Below, one piece after another: positions 46,120 to 58,354 of a stretch of DNA of 64,000 nt (its first letter is position 1; each line of letters starts with the position of its first letter). The position numbers were made by a program, and so were the translations under genes. The DNA is from Pristiophorus japonicus (Eukaryota). The stretch is from assembly GCF_044704955.1 (NCBI RefSeq), contig NC_091997.1, positions 42,346,001 to 42,410,000 of the forward strand. The letters are read 5' to 3'. The notes below the pieces were generated by a model. That model worked only from the letters and a program-made list of their open reading frames with translations. It had not been told where the DNA came from and ran no database searches.

Positions 46120-48860
46120 TACCCCATAGAATCGTAGAATGATACAACACCATCATGCCTGTGCCAGCTCTTTGGTGAAGCTATCCAATTAATCCCACTC
46201 CACTGCTCTTTCCCCATAGCCCTGTAATTTATTCCCTTCAAATATTTATCCAATTCTCTTTTGAATCTCACTTTTGATTATGCTTCTACCACAGTGCATT
46301 CCAGATCACATCTCACCGTGTAAAATGATGGGCTGAAAATTCCAGCCTTGCGCACGGACCCGGCAAGGTGTCGCAAAAGCCGGTTTTCGGGGCGCAAAGC
46401 ACATGCGCCGAGAAACGGCTTTTCCAATCTGTGAAGATTTGTCTTGACAGATCCTCTGCATCCCCACAGGAACGACATCCACGCGGTAGTGATTGGACTA
46501 TTTGCCAAACTCATGCCCAGCGAACCTCCTTCAAACTTTTATGCCTGGTAAAAGCAGGTGCATAGCTTATTTTTACCAGCAAAGGGTTTTAAAACATATA
46601 AAAATTAAATTTAAACACTCATTTTATATTTAAAAACCCTGTCCATTAAGGTAAGTTTATTTTTAATCCTAATAAAACACATTAAAAAAATTCAAAAAAA
46701 TATATTTTTTTCTAAAATATTTAATTACATTTAATTTCAATTAATTTTAAATATATGAGTGTTTTATTTATTTACTATGTTGTGTTTCAGTGTTTTAGGG
46801 GGTTTTCTCATTGATAGCAATGGGAGTCCGTATAAACAGAGCTCCCATTTTTATCAATGAGAATACTACATAGCAATTGGTGGTCTAGGCTCACGTGACT
46901 CCAGCTTGTACATATGTCCCTGAAAGATATCTTCCCATGCGCTGCACAGTGAACCTAAGCCTCTGACCAGGATACTACGTTCCTCCGGGACCAACAGGTA
47001 GTTTCGTAGATTTTTTTTGAGTCAGAGGCGCTCGTACCAAAGAAGCCTCCGACCGCAATTTTCCCCCCATCGTTCCCTCATGTCGCCTCTGGTTCTTTTG
47101 CCAATTATCTTAAATCTGTGTCCTCCGGTTACTGACCCTACTGCCACCAGAAATTCTCCTTATTTACTCTATCAGAACCATTCATTATCTTGAACATCTG
47201 TATCAAATCTCCTCTTAACCTTCTCTGCTCTAATCTCAGCTTATCCAGTCTCTCCACATACTGAAGTTCTCACCCCTGGTACCATTCTCATAAATCTCTT
47301 CTTCACCCTCTCCAAGGCCTTGACATCCTTCCGAAAGTGCGATGCCCAGAATTAAACACAATACTTTATCTGAGGCCTAACTAGTGTTTCATAAAGGTTT
47401 AAAGAAAGAAAGACTTGCTTTTCATGACCTCAGGATGTCCCAAAGCATTTTTCAGCCAATAAAGTACTTTTGAAATATAGTCACTGTTATATTGTAGGAA
47501 ATGTAGCAGCATGCAGCAAGCTCCCACAAACAATGATGTGATAATGACCAAATAATCTGATTGTTTTTTGTGATGTAGATTGAGGGATAAATATTGGCCA
47601 GGACACTGGGGAGAACTCCTCTGCTCTTCTTCAAAATAGTGCCATCGCACCTCTGTTTTAATTTCAGATTCCAGCGTCTGCAGTAGTTTGCTTTTGCCAT
47701 AGGATCTCTTCTGTTCACCTGAGAGAGCATACAGGGCCTTGGTTTGAAAGACAGCACCTCTGACAGTGCAGCACTTCCTCAGAGGAGTGCCACCCTAGAT
47801 TTCTGTGGTCTAGTCTCTGGTTTGGGACTTAGAACCCACAACCTTTTGGTTCAGAGGCAAGAGTGCTACCAACTGAGCTGACTTTCTTACTTTTGCATTC
47901 TATTCCTCTATTAATAAGGGCAAGGATCCTGTATACTTTTTTTTAACAGCCTTCTCAACTTTTCCTGCCACCTTCAAGGATTAGTGACACCCCCATTTCT
48001 CTCTGTATCTGCACTCACTTTAAAATTGCATCATTTAGTACATTTTGCCTTTCATCATTCTTCCTACCAAAATTTATCGCTTTCGAACTTCTCTGCATTA
48101 AATTTCATCTGTCATGTGTCTGCCCATTTTACCAGACTGTGTATGTCCTCCTGAAGTCTGTTACTATCCTCCTCAATGTTTACTACATTTCAGAGTTATG
48201 TAACATCGGCAAATTTTGAAATTATGCCCTGTATACCCAAGACAAGGTCATTAATATATCAGGACTGGTGACCATGAAACTACCGGATTGTCATTAAAAA
48301 AATCCCGTCTGGTTCAGTAATGTCCTTCAGGGAAGAAAATCTGCTGTCCTTACCTGGTCCATCCTAATGTGACTCCAGACCCACAGCAACTTAACTGTCC
48401 CCTGAAATGGCCTAGCAAGCCACTCAGTTGTTCAACGGCAACTAGGGATGGGCATTAAATGCTGGCCTTGCCAGTGCCGCCCACATCCCGTGAACAAATG
48501 TTTTAAAAATCGAGAAGAGCGGTGGTCCTAATACTGACTCCTGGGGAACACCGCTTCCCTCCAGTCTGAAAAAACAGTCATTTACCACTATTCTCTGCTT
48601 GCTGTCCCTTAGTTAAATTTGTATCCATGCTGCTACTGTCCTAATAATGGGCTTTAATTTTGCTAATAAGTCTATGAGGTGGTACTTTGGTAAATGCCTT
48701 TTAAAAGTCCATATACACATCATCAACCGCACAATTCTCATCAACCCTCTCCATTACTTCATCAAATAACGAAATCAATTAAATCAAACGCAGCTTGCCA
48801 TGCTGACTTTCATTTATTAGCCCATACATTTCCAAATGCCACTTAATTTTGTCCCGGATT
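46120..48860 (-). mobile_element. Fragmented CR1-type LINE interrupted by a MITE, a SINE (47402-47880) and another LINE tail
   Basis: Antisense CR1-like segments resume on both sides of each insertion; boundaries approximate. Confidence 0.6.
46330..47068. mobile_element. Harbinger-type MITE, inverted relative to 2231-2939
   Basis: gggctgaaaatt...agaagcctccgaccgcaattttccccc; internal sequence is the reverse complement of the array MITE. Confidence 0.75.
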
Positions 48861-48863
48861 ATT

Positions 48864-50090
48864 GGGGGGAATTTTAATCTGGAGGAGCGCATGGGTTTGG
48901 GTATGGGTGGGGGGGTGAAAACCAAGAAAAATGTAAGCCCATCGGAAAGCTGGCTTCAAACCGCTGAGATGTGTATTTAACTCAGGCACATTAGGCTGCT
49001 TGTATGCAACCCCCTCAGGAGAGGCAGGTTGCCTATGAACATATGCTAATCGTTCAACTGGAGCGATATTTCAATTCACTTTCAAATTGAACGGTGCATC
49101 CATGGGTTTCACGGGCTTTCTCAAACTCACCAGTGAAAGCAAGATGAGAACACAACGGCAATTGAGGGGGCTGAATCAAACTCGTGGAAATACTGCAATA
49201 AATACTCAGTATTTACAGCTGCTTTCTTACCTGCTAGTCAGAAAGAATTTGTTCACAGTACTTTTGCTGAGAGTTTATTTTCTACACTTTGGAGATTTTC
49301 TGAATCATATTCAGACAGGTGGCGCTTTGACTGCCTTAGATTGAACCTCGGATGAGGGGCAATATGACCAGCACCAGCACCAGCAGCCTGCTCTTGAGAG
49401 ACCTGTAGCTAGACACAGAGAGGGGAGCAGCAGAGAGGTGCAGCTCAGAGCGGGCACTACATGCAACGGTCGACAGGCAGAGGCTGAGTTTCCTTGACAT
49501 GTCTGAACAGCAGTGTTTCAGGAGGCTCAGTTTGTCACATCAGGTGGGGGAATACATATGCACCCAGCTCGAAGAAGACCCGCTGCCTGCTGGACCTGGT
49601 GGCCATGCTTTACCAGTGACTGTCAAAGTCACCACCACTCTCAACATTCTTTGCCTCCGAATCCTTCTAGGGCTCTGCCAAAGACACATCCAGGATCTCC
49701 CAGTCAGCGCCCCACAAATGCATAAGAAAGATGACTGATGGATTGTTTGCCAAGGCTGGCAATTTATGTGACCTTCACCTGCGATGACGCCAGTCGGAAT
49801 GAATGGGCACTCGGGTTTACGGCACTGGCTGGTTGCCCACAGGTCTGGGGCGTCATCGACTGCACACACGTGGCAATCTGGGCACCCCCAGATCAACCAG
49901 GAGCATTCGTCAACTGCAAGCGTTTCCACTTCATCAACGTGCAGTCAGTGTGCAACCGCAAAAATATATTTCTGGAGGGGTCCACAAGGTTCCCGGGCAG
50001 CTACCATGATGATTTCATCCTGTAGTATTCCAAGCTCGCTGATGTCTTTGGACCTGGAAGCACACTTGAGGGGTGTATGCTAGGACACAA
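48864..50090 (+). mobile_element. Truncated second Harbinger with HARBI1-like transposase remnant (~49480-50090)
   Basis: GGHALPVTVKVTTTLN and GVIDCTHVAIWAPPDQPGAFVNCKRFHFINVQSVC..FPGSYHDDFIL; cut off by an L2. Confidence 0.8.
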
Positions 50091-50094
50091 GTGA

Positions 50095-51486
50095 TACCCC
50101 CATATCCAACCTCCCTTTCCTCTCCAAAGTCTTTAAACATGTCGTTGGCTCCCAGATCCGTGCCCGACTTTCTCGCAATTCCATGTTTGAATCCCTCCAA
50201 TCAAGTTCCGTGCCTACCACAGTACCGAAACGGCTCTCATCAAAGTCACAAATTACATTCTTTGTGACAGTGACAAAGGCAAACTATCCCTCATCGTCCT
50301 CTTGACTTGTCTGCAGCCTTTGACAGGGTTGACCACTCTATTCTCCAACGCCTCTCTCCACCGTCATCCAGCTGGATGGGACTGCACTCGCCTGGTTCCA
50401 TTCTTATCTATTTAATCATAACCAGAGAATCACCTGCAATGGCTATGATTAGATAGATAAGAATTGTTACCTCTGGTATCCCCCAGGAATCTATCCTTGG
50501 CCCCCTCTATTTCTCATCTACATGTTGCCCTTGGACGACATCATCCAAAAACACAGCATCAGTTACCAAATGTACACTGATGACACCCAGCTCTACCTCA
50601 CCACCACTTCTCTCGACCCCTCCTCAGTATCTAAATTGTCAGACTGCTTGTCTGACATCCAGTTCCGGATGAGCCGAAATTTCTCAATTGAATATTGGGA
50701 AGCCTGAAGCCATTGTTTTTGGTCCCCACCGCAAGCTCCTAGCCACTGACTCCATCTTCACAACCTTGATGTCATATTTGACACTGAAATGAGATTCCGA
50801 CCACATATCCGCAGCATAACTAAGACCGGCTATTTCCACCTCCATAACATTGCCCGTCTCCGCCCTTGCCTCAGCTCATCCACTGGTGAAGCCCTCATCC
50901 ATGCCTTTGTTACCTCTAGACTTGACTATTCCAACGCACTCCTGTCTGGCCTCCCACATTTTACCATACGTAAACTAGAGGTGATCCAAAACTTGGCTGC
51001 TTGTGTTTTAACTTGCACCAAGTCCCACTCACCCATCACCCCTGCACTCGCTGACCTACATTAGCTTCCGGTTAAGCAATGCCTCGATTTAAAATCTCAT
51101 CCTCATTTTCAGATCACTCCATGGCCTCGCCCCTCCTATCTCTGTAATCTCCTCCAGCCCCCACAACTCCCTGAGGTGTCTGTGCTCCCCTAATTCTGCC
51201 CTCTTGAGCATCTCTGATTATAATCGCTCAATCATTGATGGCAGTGCCTTCTGTTGCTTAGGCCCCAAGCTCTGGAGCTCCTGCCTAAACCTCTCCACCT
51301 CTCTATCTCTCTTTCCACCTTCAAGTCGGTCCTTAAAACCTACATCTCTGACCAAGTTTTTGGTCACCTGTGCTAATTTCTACTTATGTGGCTCGGTGTC
51401 AAATTTTTAAAAATCTCATGCTTCTGTGAAGCACCTTGGCACGTTTCACTACGTTAAAGGCGTTATATAATACAAGTTGTTGTTGT
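50095..51486 (+). mobile_element. L2-clade LINE, 5'-truncated, degenerate RT
   Basis: YTDDTQLYL, YFHLHNIARLRP, LIHAFVTSRLDYSNALL and a (gtt)n tail. Confidence 0.9.
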
Positions 51487-51612
51487 TAATTAAACTTTTT
51501 AAATAAAAAGTTAATGTTGTTAAAAATAAATGTAAACATTTTTAAAATGGAACAAAAATAAGCTAAACTAATTTTAAATGCAAAGGAATGTTTAAATGAT
51601 TTAAAAAATAAT

Positions 51613-52303
51613 GGGCCAATAATTGTGGTCGGAGCCACCAACCGAATTTTTTTTAACGAAAGTACCTGGTGATCCTGAGGAACATAGACTTGCACTCCAA
51701 GGCCTAGCTGCACAGTCCAGTGTAGGGGTCCACGTATTCCAGGAGAGTGTCTGCAGCCTGGGATTACATGAGCCAACCAACCAATGGAAATGGTGTGTCC
51801 CCATTCACAGTCATGGTGAGTTCATTTGTTCATTTGTATTTCTATGAGAATACCCCCTAAAACACATAAACATTTAAAATAAATACAAAAAACATATTTC
51901 AAATTAATTGAAATTGAATGTTTTAGAAAATAAATATTTTTTTGAATTTTTTTTTAATATGTTTTAATGGGGTAAAAATTAAATTACCTTAATGGACAGG
52001 GTTTTTAATATAAAAATGATTGCTAAAATTTTATTTTTCTATCTTTTAAAACTCTTACGCTGGTAAAAGCAAGGCCTGCTTTTATCAGGTGTAAGAGTTT
52101 GAAGGACATTCACTGGGCAGGAGTTGAGCAAATAGCCCAATCTCTCGCCCTTCTCCCGGGGATGCGTTGGAACTGTCAAAAGACAGTTCGCAAGTGCCGG
52201 TTTTTGGCGCATGTGCATCGCGTGCCAAGAACCGACACTTGTGCGGCCTCTACGGGTGCGTGCACACATCGTACGCGCCCATAGAGACCACGATTTTTGG
52301 CCT
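51613..52303. mobile_element. Harbinger-type MITE
   Basis: 18-bp imperfect TIRs gggccaataattgtggtc / gaccacgatttttggcct; core shared with 2231-2939. Confidence 0.75.
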
Positions 52304-52710
52304 GTTATTTTAACATCTACTTTAACCTTTATGCTGGTAAAAGAAGGCCTTAAGCCTGGGCAGTAGTTGGGCAAAGAGCCCAATTTTGCTCCAGCGAATA
52401 TCAATTTCCAGTGGATGGGTATGATCTTTAAAGCAAAAACTTGACAGAAGTTCCGGGTTTTCTCGCATGCGCAGAGGCCCAGTAACATCCAGGCCAATAA
52501 GTGCCTCCAAATATAGCCCATGATGATTGACACCTCACTTGTTTTCTCTCAGTATCAATGAGACAGGTGCACAATTTCCAGCCATCCTGGAGTGGAGTTC
52601 TTGTTGCTGTGGTCAAGTTACTGTGGTGATATATCCTTTTCGATATGGTCTTTTACAACGTGTGAAATATATGCACCCGTGAGTATGCTCACAGGTTTGT
52701 AGAGCTGTTG

Positions 52711-53677
52711 AGAAGTCCGTGTTCCACGTGTATGTTCAGTGCGTGAGGCTGCAGCCCCTCTTTCATTATTTGAAGGAGCTGCTCCTTGATTTCTGGCTGC
52801 ACTTCAGTCCCACGCTCCTGATGTTTGGGCATCCTGTGCGGAGGGGAGCGGGAAGGCCTCCTCGTAGGACTGCTCCTGGGCATGGCCAAGATGGCCATCA
52901 ATGGGTGCAGGCAGCGGGCGGTCGAGGGGGTCGTTCAGCCCGACAACCTGCCTCTCTTCCGCGGTTACAACCGAGCCAGGGTGTCCCTGGAGACGGAGCA
53001 CGTGCTGTCCACCGGTACACTCGTGGTCTTCCGCGAGAGGTGGGCGCCGGAGGGGCTAGAGTGCATCATCACCCCCGGCAACCAAATTTTAATTTGATCC
53101 TTTTAATGTCAAAAGTTTAATTTGTTTAATGTGTCAGTTTTAATGCCCCTTTAATAAGGGGGCACTTGATCTTTTGTTTCGCTAAAATAGTTGTAGAGCT
53201 GTTGAGGAGTCCATGTTCCACGTGTATGTACATTGTGTGAGGTTGCAGCCCCTCTTCCATTATTTGAAGGGGCTGCTCCTCGATTTGTGGCTGCACTTCA
53301 GTCCCATGCTCCTGATCTTTGGGCACCCATGTGGAGGGGAGCAGGCAGGTCAGAGGGCCTCCTCGTAGGATTGTTCCTGGGCCTGGCCAAGGTGGCCATC
53401 AATCGGTCCAGGCAGCGGGCGATCAAGGGGGTCATTCGGCCCGACTACCTGCCTCTCTTTTGTGGTTACGTTTGCGCCAGGGTGTCCCTGGAGATGGAGC
53501 ACGCGGTGTCCACTGGTACGCTTGCAGCCTTCTGCGAGAGGTGGGCACCGGAGGGATTGAAGTGCATCATCACCCCGGCAACTAAATTATAATTTCAAAA
53601 GTTTAATTTGTTAATTTGTCGGTTCTAGTGCTCCTTTAATAAGGGGGCACTTGATTTAAAGTTTGACATGAAAATAG
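52711..53677 (+). mobile_element. Two tandem Tx1/L1-clade 3' fragments (52711-53190, 53205-53677)
   Basis: Each encodes SVFHVY..C.RLQPLFHYLK...LAK.AI...F.ERWAPEGL.CIITP; separated and flanked by ttgtagagctgttgag-like repeats. Confidence 0.75.
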
Positions 53678-53910
53678 TTGTAGACCTATTGAGTTAGGGG
53701 TGGCTTAGCCAGTCATGTGATGGTCACAAGACTCAATAAAACCCCAATCAGTTGGGTTCAGGGGATGCACGATGAGGCAAGTGGTTGTGAGCCTGGTGAA
53801 TGAACTGGTAATGTGTAGTCTGATTGTTAAACCTTTGCTAATAAACCAACTAGTTCTTAGTAGCAATGTGTTGCCATGAATTCTTAAGCAAAGAACCCAT
53901 GAAGCAAATA

Positions 53911-54510
53911 ATAATAACTTTTATTTATATAGTGCCTTTAACATAGTAAAACATCCCAAGGCACTTCACAACAGTGTTACAGACAAACAGATAAATTTGA
54001 CACCGAGCCACAGAAGAAATTAAGGCAGATGATCAAAAGCTTGTTTAAAGAGGTAGGTTTTAATGAGCATCTTAAAGGAGGAAAAAGAGACAGAGAGGCG
54101 TAGAAGATTAGGGAGGGTGTTCCAGAGCTTAGGGCCCAGGCAGCTGAAGGCACGTCCACCGCTGGTTGAGCAGTTATAATGAGGGATGTTCAAGAGGCCA
54201 GAATTTGAGGAGCGTAGACATCTTGTGGGATTGGGAGGTTGAAAATGATTACAGAGATAGGGAGGAGTGAGGCCATGGAGTGATTTGTAAACAAGGATGT
54301 GAATTTTGAAATCGAGGCATTGTTTAACTGGGAGCCAATGTAGGTCAGAAAGCACAGGGGTGATGGATGATCTTGACTTGGTGCGAGTTAGGACACGGGC
54401 TGCAGCTTTGGATGGCCTCAAGTTTACATTGTGTGAAATGTAGAAGGCCAGCCAGGAGTGAGTTGGAGTAGTCAAGTCTGGAGGTAACAAAGGCATGAAT
54501 GGTTTCAGCA
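53911..54510 (-). mobile_element. L2-type LINE 3' fragment
   Basis: AAARVLTRTKSRSSITPVLSDLHWLPVKQCLDFKI...RAFSCLGPKLWNTLP. Confidence 0.9.
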
Positions 54511-57500
54511 GTAAATTTTATTGTAAATACATTACAACGTGTAAATTAACAATCCTTTTAATAGTCCTTTAGCCTTTTGAAGAGTCCTTTTCCATTTGCC
54601 GGCTGGAGCCAATTTACTATCAAGCTTTCGTTTATCAGATGTATTTTTACTACAGGAGTTTACACTGAATCACTTGGCACAGCATAAATCATGATGCTAT
54701 TTGGTGCAGGAACTTGTATGGTCTGTATCCAGATGCAAGTTGAAAACCAACATTTTGCACAGCCGACAGAGTTCTACCAGTGCCATTGCCATTCCAGACA
54801 GCTGGTGCCTCCCTGCCAATGTTTTCTGTTATCAGTCATCAAAGAGAGTGTCTGTGCCAGTCTACAAAAGGTAACTTTCCATAGCTTTGTGTTTAACGTG
54901 GAACTGAATTGGTCTCACGCACCAAATCAGAAGACAAAGAAGAAAACACTTGAATTTGTTTAGCACCTTTTGGACACTCAGGACATCCCAAAGTGCTGCA
55001 CCAGCAATAAATTACAGGTTATCAAGCTTATTGTCATATATGTACTTTTGTAATCACTATTCGAGACCATTGGGCTGCACGCACATGCGTGCAACCCAAG
55101 TATAAAAGTGTAGATTAGTCACTTTGGGCCTCTTGGAGTTAAACATTACTCAGTCTAACAGTTATTACATACACAACATTTAGCAACGAGGCAACAAGAA
55201 CCTTTGCATGCAAAAATGAGCACAATTGGATTGTTGGAGCGATTTGTGGAAGGAGACGATTGGGCAGACTTTGTGAGCCATTTCATCCAGATCTTCGTGG
55301 CCAACAAAATGGAGATCGGCGACGCAGATCTGCGCCGGGCAGTATTCCTCACGGTTTGCGGTCCAAAAATTTATGGTCTGATAAAGAGTCCAACAGAGAA
55401 GACATTTGAAGAATTGTGTACACTGGTACAGGACCACCTTAAGCCAGGCGAAGGCATCATTATCTCGAGATACCGATTTTACACGCACGTTCACTCAGAG
55501 GGCCAGAATGTGGTGGAATTCATTGCCGACTTGAGACGTCTAGTGGGACCGTGTAAGTTCAGGTCTGTGTTGGCAGACATGCTGCGGGACTTCTATGTAA
55601 TCAGCATCAACCACGAGGTGATCCTTGTAAACTACTGACGGTGGAGACATTGGACTTGAACAGGGCCATCACGATCGCTCAGTCATGCATGACGATGGAT
55701 AGAAGTCTAAAGCAGATATCAGTGAAAAATCGAAACCCGGCAAGTACTGTAAATATGATTGATTCGGCGTTCGGCAGAGCGGCACATGGTAGGGCCTACA
55801 CGACTGCGTATGTGAAACCTATGGCTGCCCAAAGTCCGCCAGCAAGAATGCATCTGATTTCTCCGTGTTGACATTGTGGGGAAAATCACTGGCATCAGCA
55901 GTGCCAATTTAAGCAAGATAGTTGCAAAGGCTGTCTGAGAGTGGGGCATCTCCAGCGCAAGTGTCCGCAGATGAGCAAGCGTGCTGCGACACACATGGAG
56001 GATGATGATCAAGACTAGCGTGGATCCGGATATGAAATCCAAGATACCAGAGGAGAATGTGTATGGAATATACTCGTTCCTAACTAAGAGCAAACCGATA
56101 ATGATCAACGTGAAAATTAATGGGGTGCCGGTATCGATGGAACTGGACACGGGGGCGAGTCAATCGATAATGAGCCAGAGGGCATTCAACAAGCTGTGGG
56201 ATACTAAGGCTGTGAGGCTCAGGCTGAGTCCAGTCAGTGCCAAGTTGCGCACGTACACCAAAGAACTCATAATGGTGATTGGCAGTGCCAGAATTAAAGT
56301 GCCGTATGATGGTGCGGTTCACAAGTTACCGCTATGGATTGTCCCAAGCATGGCCCAATGCTGTTCGGCAGGAACTGGCTTGAAAAAAATCAAATGCGAT
56401 TGGAACGACATCAAGGTGTTGTCGTCGGAGAAAGATGCATGTGCCCAAGTACTGAGCAAGATCCCCTCGCTGTTCGAATCAGGCATCGGCAACTTCACGG
56501 GAGCCAAGGTAGAGATCCACATAGACTCGGGCAGTTCCGTATATGATGAAGGAAAAGGTCGAAATCAAACTGGACAGACTCCAGCGTAAAGAGATCATAT
56601 CACCGGTTGAATTTAATGAATGGGCCAGCCCCATTGTTCCTGTGCTGAAAAGTGATGGCACAGTCAGAATCTGTGGAGACTACCAGGCTACAATCAACAG
56701 GATTTCGAAACAGCATCAGTACCCATTAACGAAGGCTGGCGGGGGAAGTTGTTCAACAAACTGGACTTGGCGTTGGCCTACATGACACAGGTGCTGGTCG
56801 AGACGTCAAAGAGACTTGCGTGCATTAACATGCACAAAGGACTATAAAGTTATCACCGGTGCCCTTTTGGAATTCACTCAACTGCAACAATATTTCAGAG
56901 GAACATGGAGAGTCTACTGAAGTCCGTTCCCAAAACTGTTGTGTTCCAAGGTGACATCCTGATCACAGGTCGTGACTCCGAGGAACATCTGAACAACCTG
57001 GAAGTGGTTCTACATCGTTTGGACAAAGTGGGACTCTGACTGAAACGCTCAAAGTGCGTCTTCATGGCACCAGAGATCGAATTCCTGGGGAGGAAAATTG
57101 CTGCTGACGGCATCAAGCCTACGGACACGAAAACCAAGGCCATCAAGAATGCACCCAAGCTGCAGAATGTGACGGAGCTGCTTTCGTTCCTGGATCTACT
57201 CAACTACTTTAGTAACTTCCTACCTAAATTGAGCACCTTATTAGAACCACTGCACAAACTGCTAAGAAAAGGTGACAACTGGGTGTGGGGTGCGTCTCAA
57301 GACAGAGCTTTTGAGAAAGCCACTAATCTGCTTTGCTCTAACAAGCTGTTGGTACATTATGACCCATGTAAACGTTTAGTATTGGCCTGCGATGCTTCGT
57401 CATGTGGAATTGGTTGCGTACTCCAACAAGCTAATGAGTCGAGTAAACTTCAAACCAGTCGCGTATGCTTCAAAAAGTTTGTCTAAAGAGGAAGGAGCCT

Positions 57501-58354
57501 ACAGCATGGTAGAGAAAGAAGAACTAGCCTGTGTGTATGAGGTTAAAAAGATGCATCAGTACCTGTTTGGTCTTCGATTTGAACTGGAGACAGATCACAA
57601 GCCGCTCATTTCACTGTTCTCTGAAAACAAAGGTATCAATACCAATGCTTTATCCCGCATCCAGAGGTGGGCGCTGACATTATCCGTTTATGATTATGTC
57701 ATTCACCATAGACCTGGCACCAAAAATTGTGCCGATGCTTTGAGCCGTCTGCCGTTGCCCACACCGGAGCTGGAAACGCCACAACCGGTGGACCTATTGT
57801 TAGTTATGGATGCTTTTGAGAGTGAAGGAACCCCTGTCACAGCTCAACAAGTTAAGACCTGGACCAGCCAGGATCTGATTTTATTAGTGGTGAAGAGTTG
57901 CATCCTCAAAGGTGATTGGTCTGCCATACCCAAGCAAATGTGCGAGGAGACCAAACCTTACGTTCATCGCAAAGATGAATTGTGTACTGTGGGGCAATCG
58001 TGTTGTTATGCCCAAGAAAGGGAAAGATAAATTTGTACGTGAGCTACATAGCACACATCCCGGCATTGTAATAATGAAAGCCATCACCAGGTCTCATGTA
58101 TGGTGGCCGGGAATGGACTCTGAGCTGGAATCATATGTGCATCAGTGCAACACTTGCATGCAGCTCAGCAAAGCACCAGCGGAATTGCCGCTGAGTCTGT
58201 GGTTGTAGCCGTCCAAACCATGATCCAGGATCCACATAGGCTTTGCAGGTCCCTTCCTGGGGAACATGTTTTTTGTTGTGGTGGATGCATATTCAAAGTG
58301 GATAGAGTGTATAATCATGTCATCCAGCACATCCACAGCTGCCATTAAGTATCT

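Larger units (their letters stand above)
52663..54536. mobile_element. Solo LTR-like element interrupted by two Tx1-like tails and an L2
   Basis: TG...CA ends with a 5-bp TSD acgtg (52658-52662, 54537-54541); residual LTR sequence 52663-52710 and 53691-53910 contains AATAAA. Confidence 0.65.
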
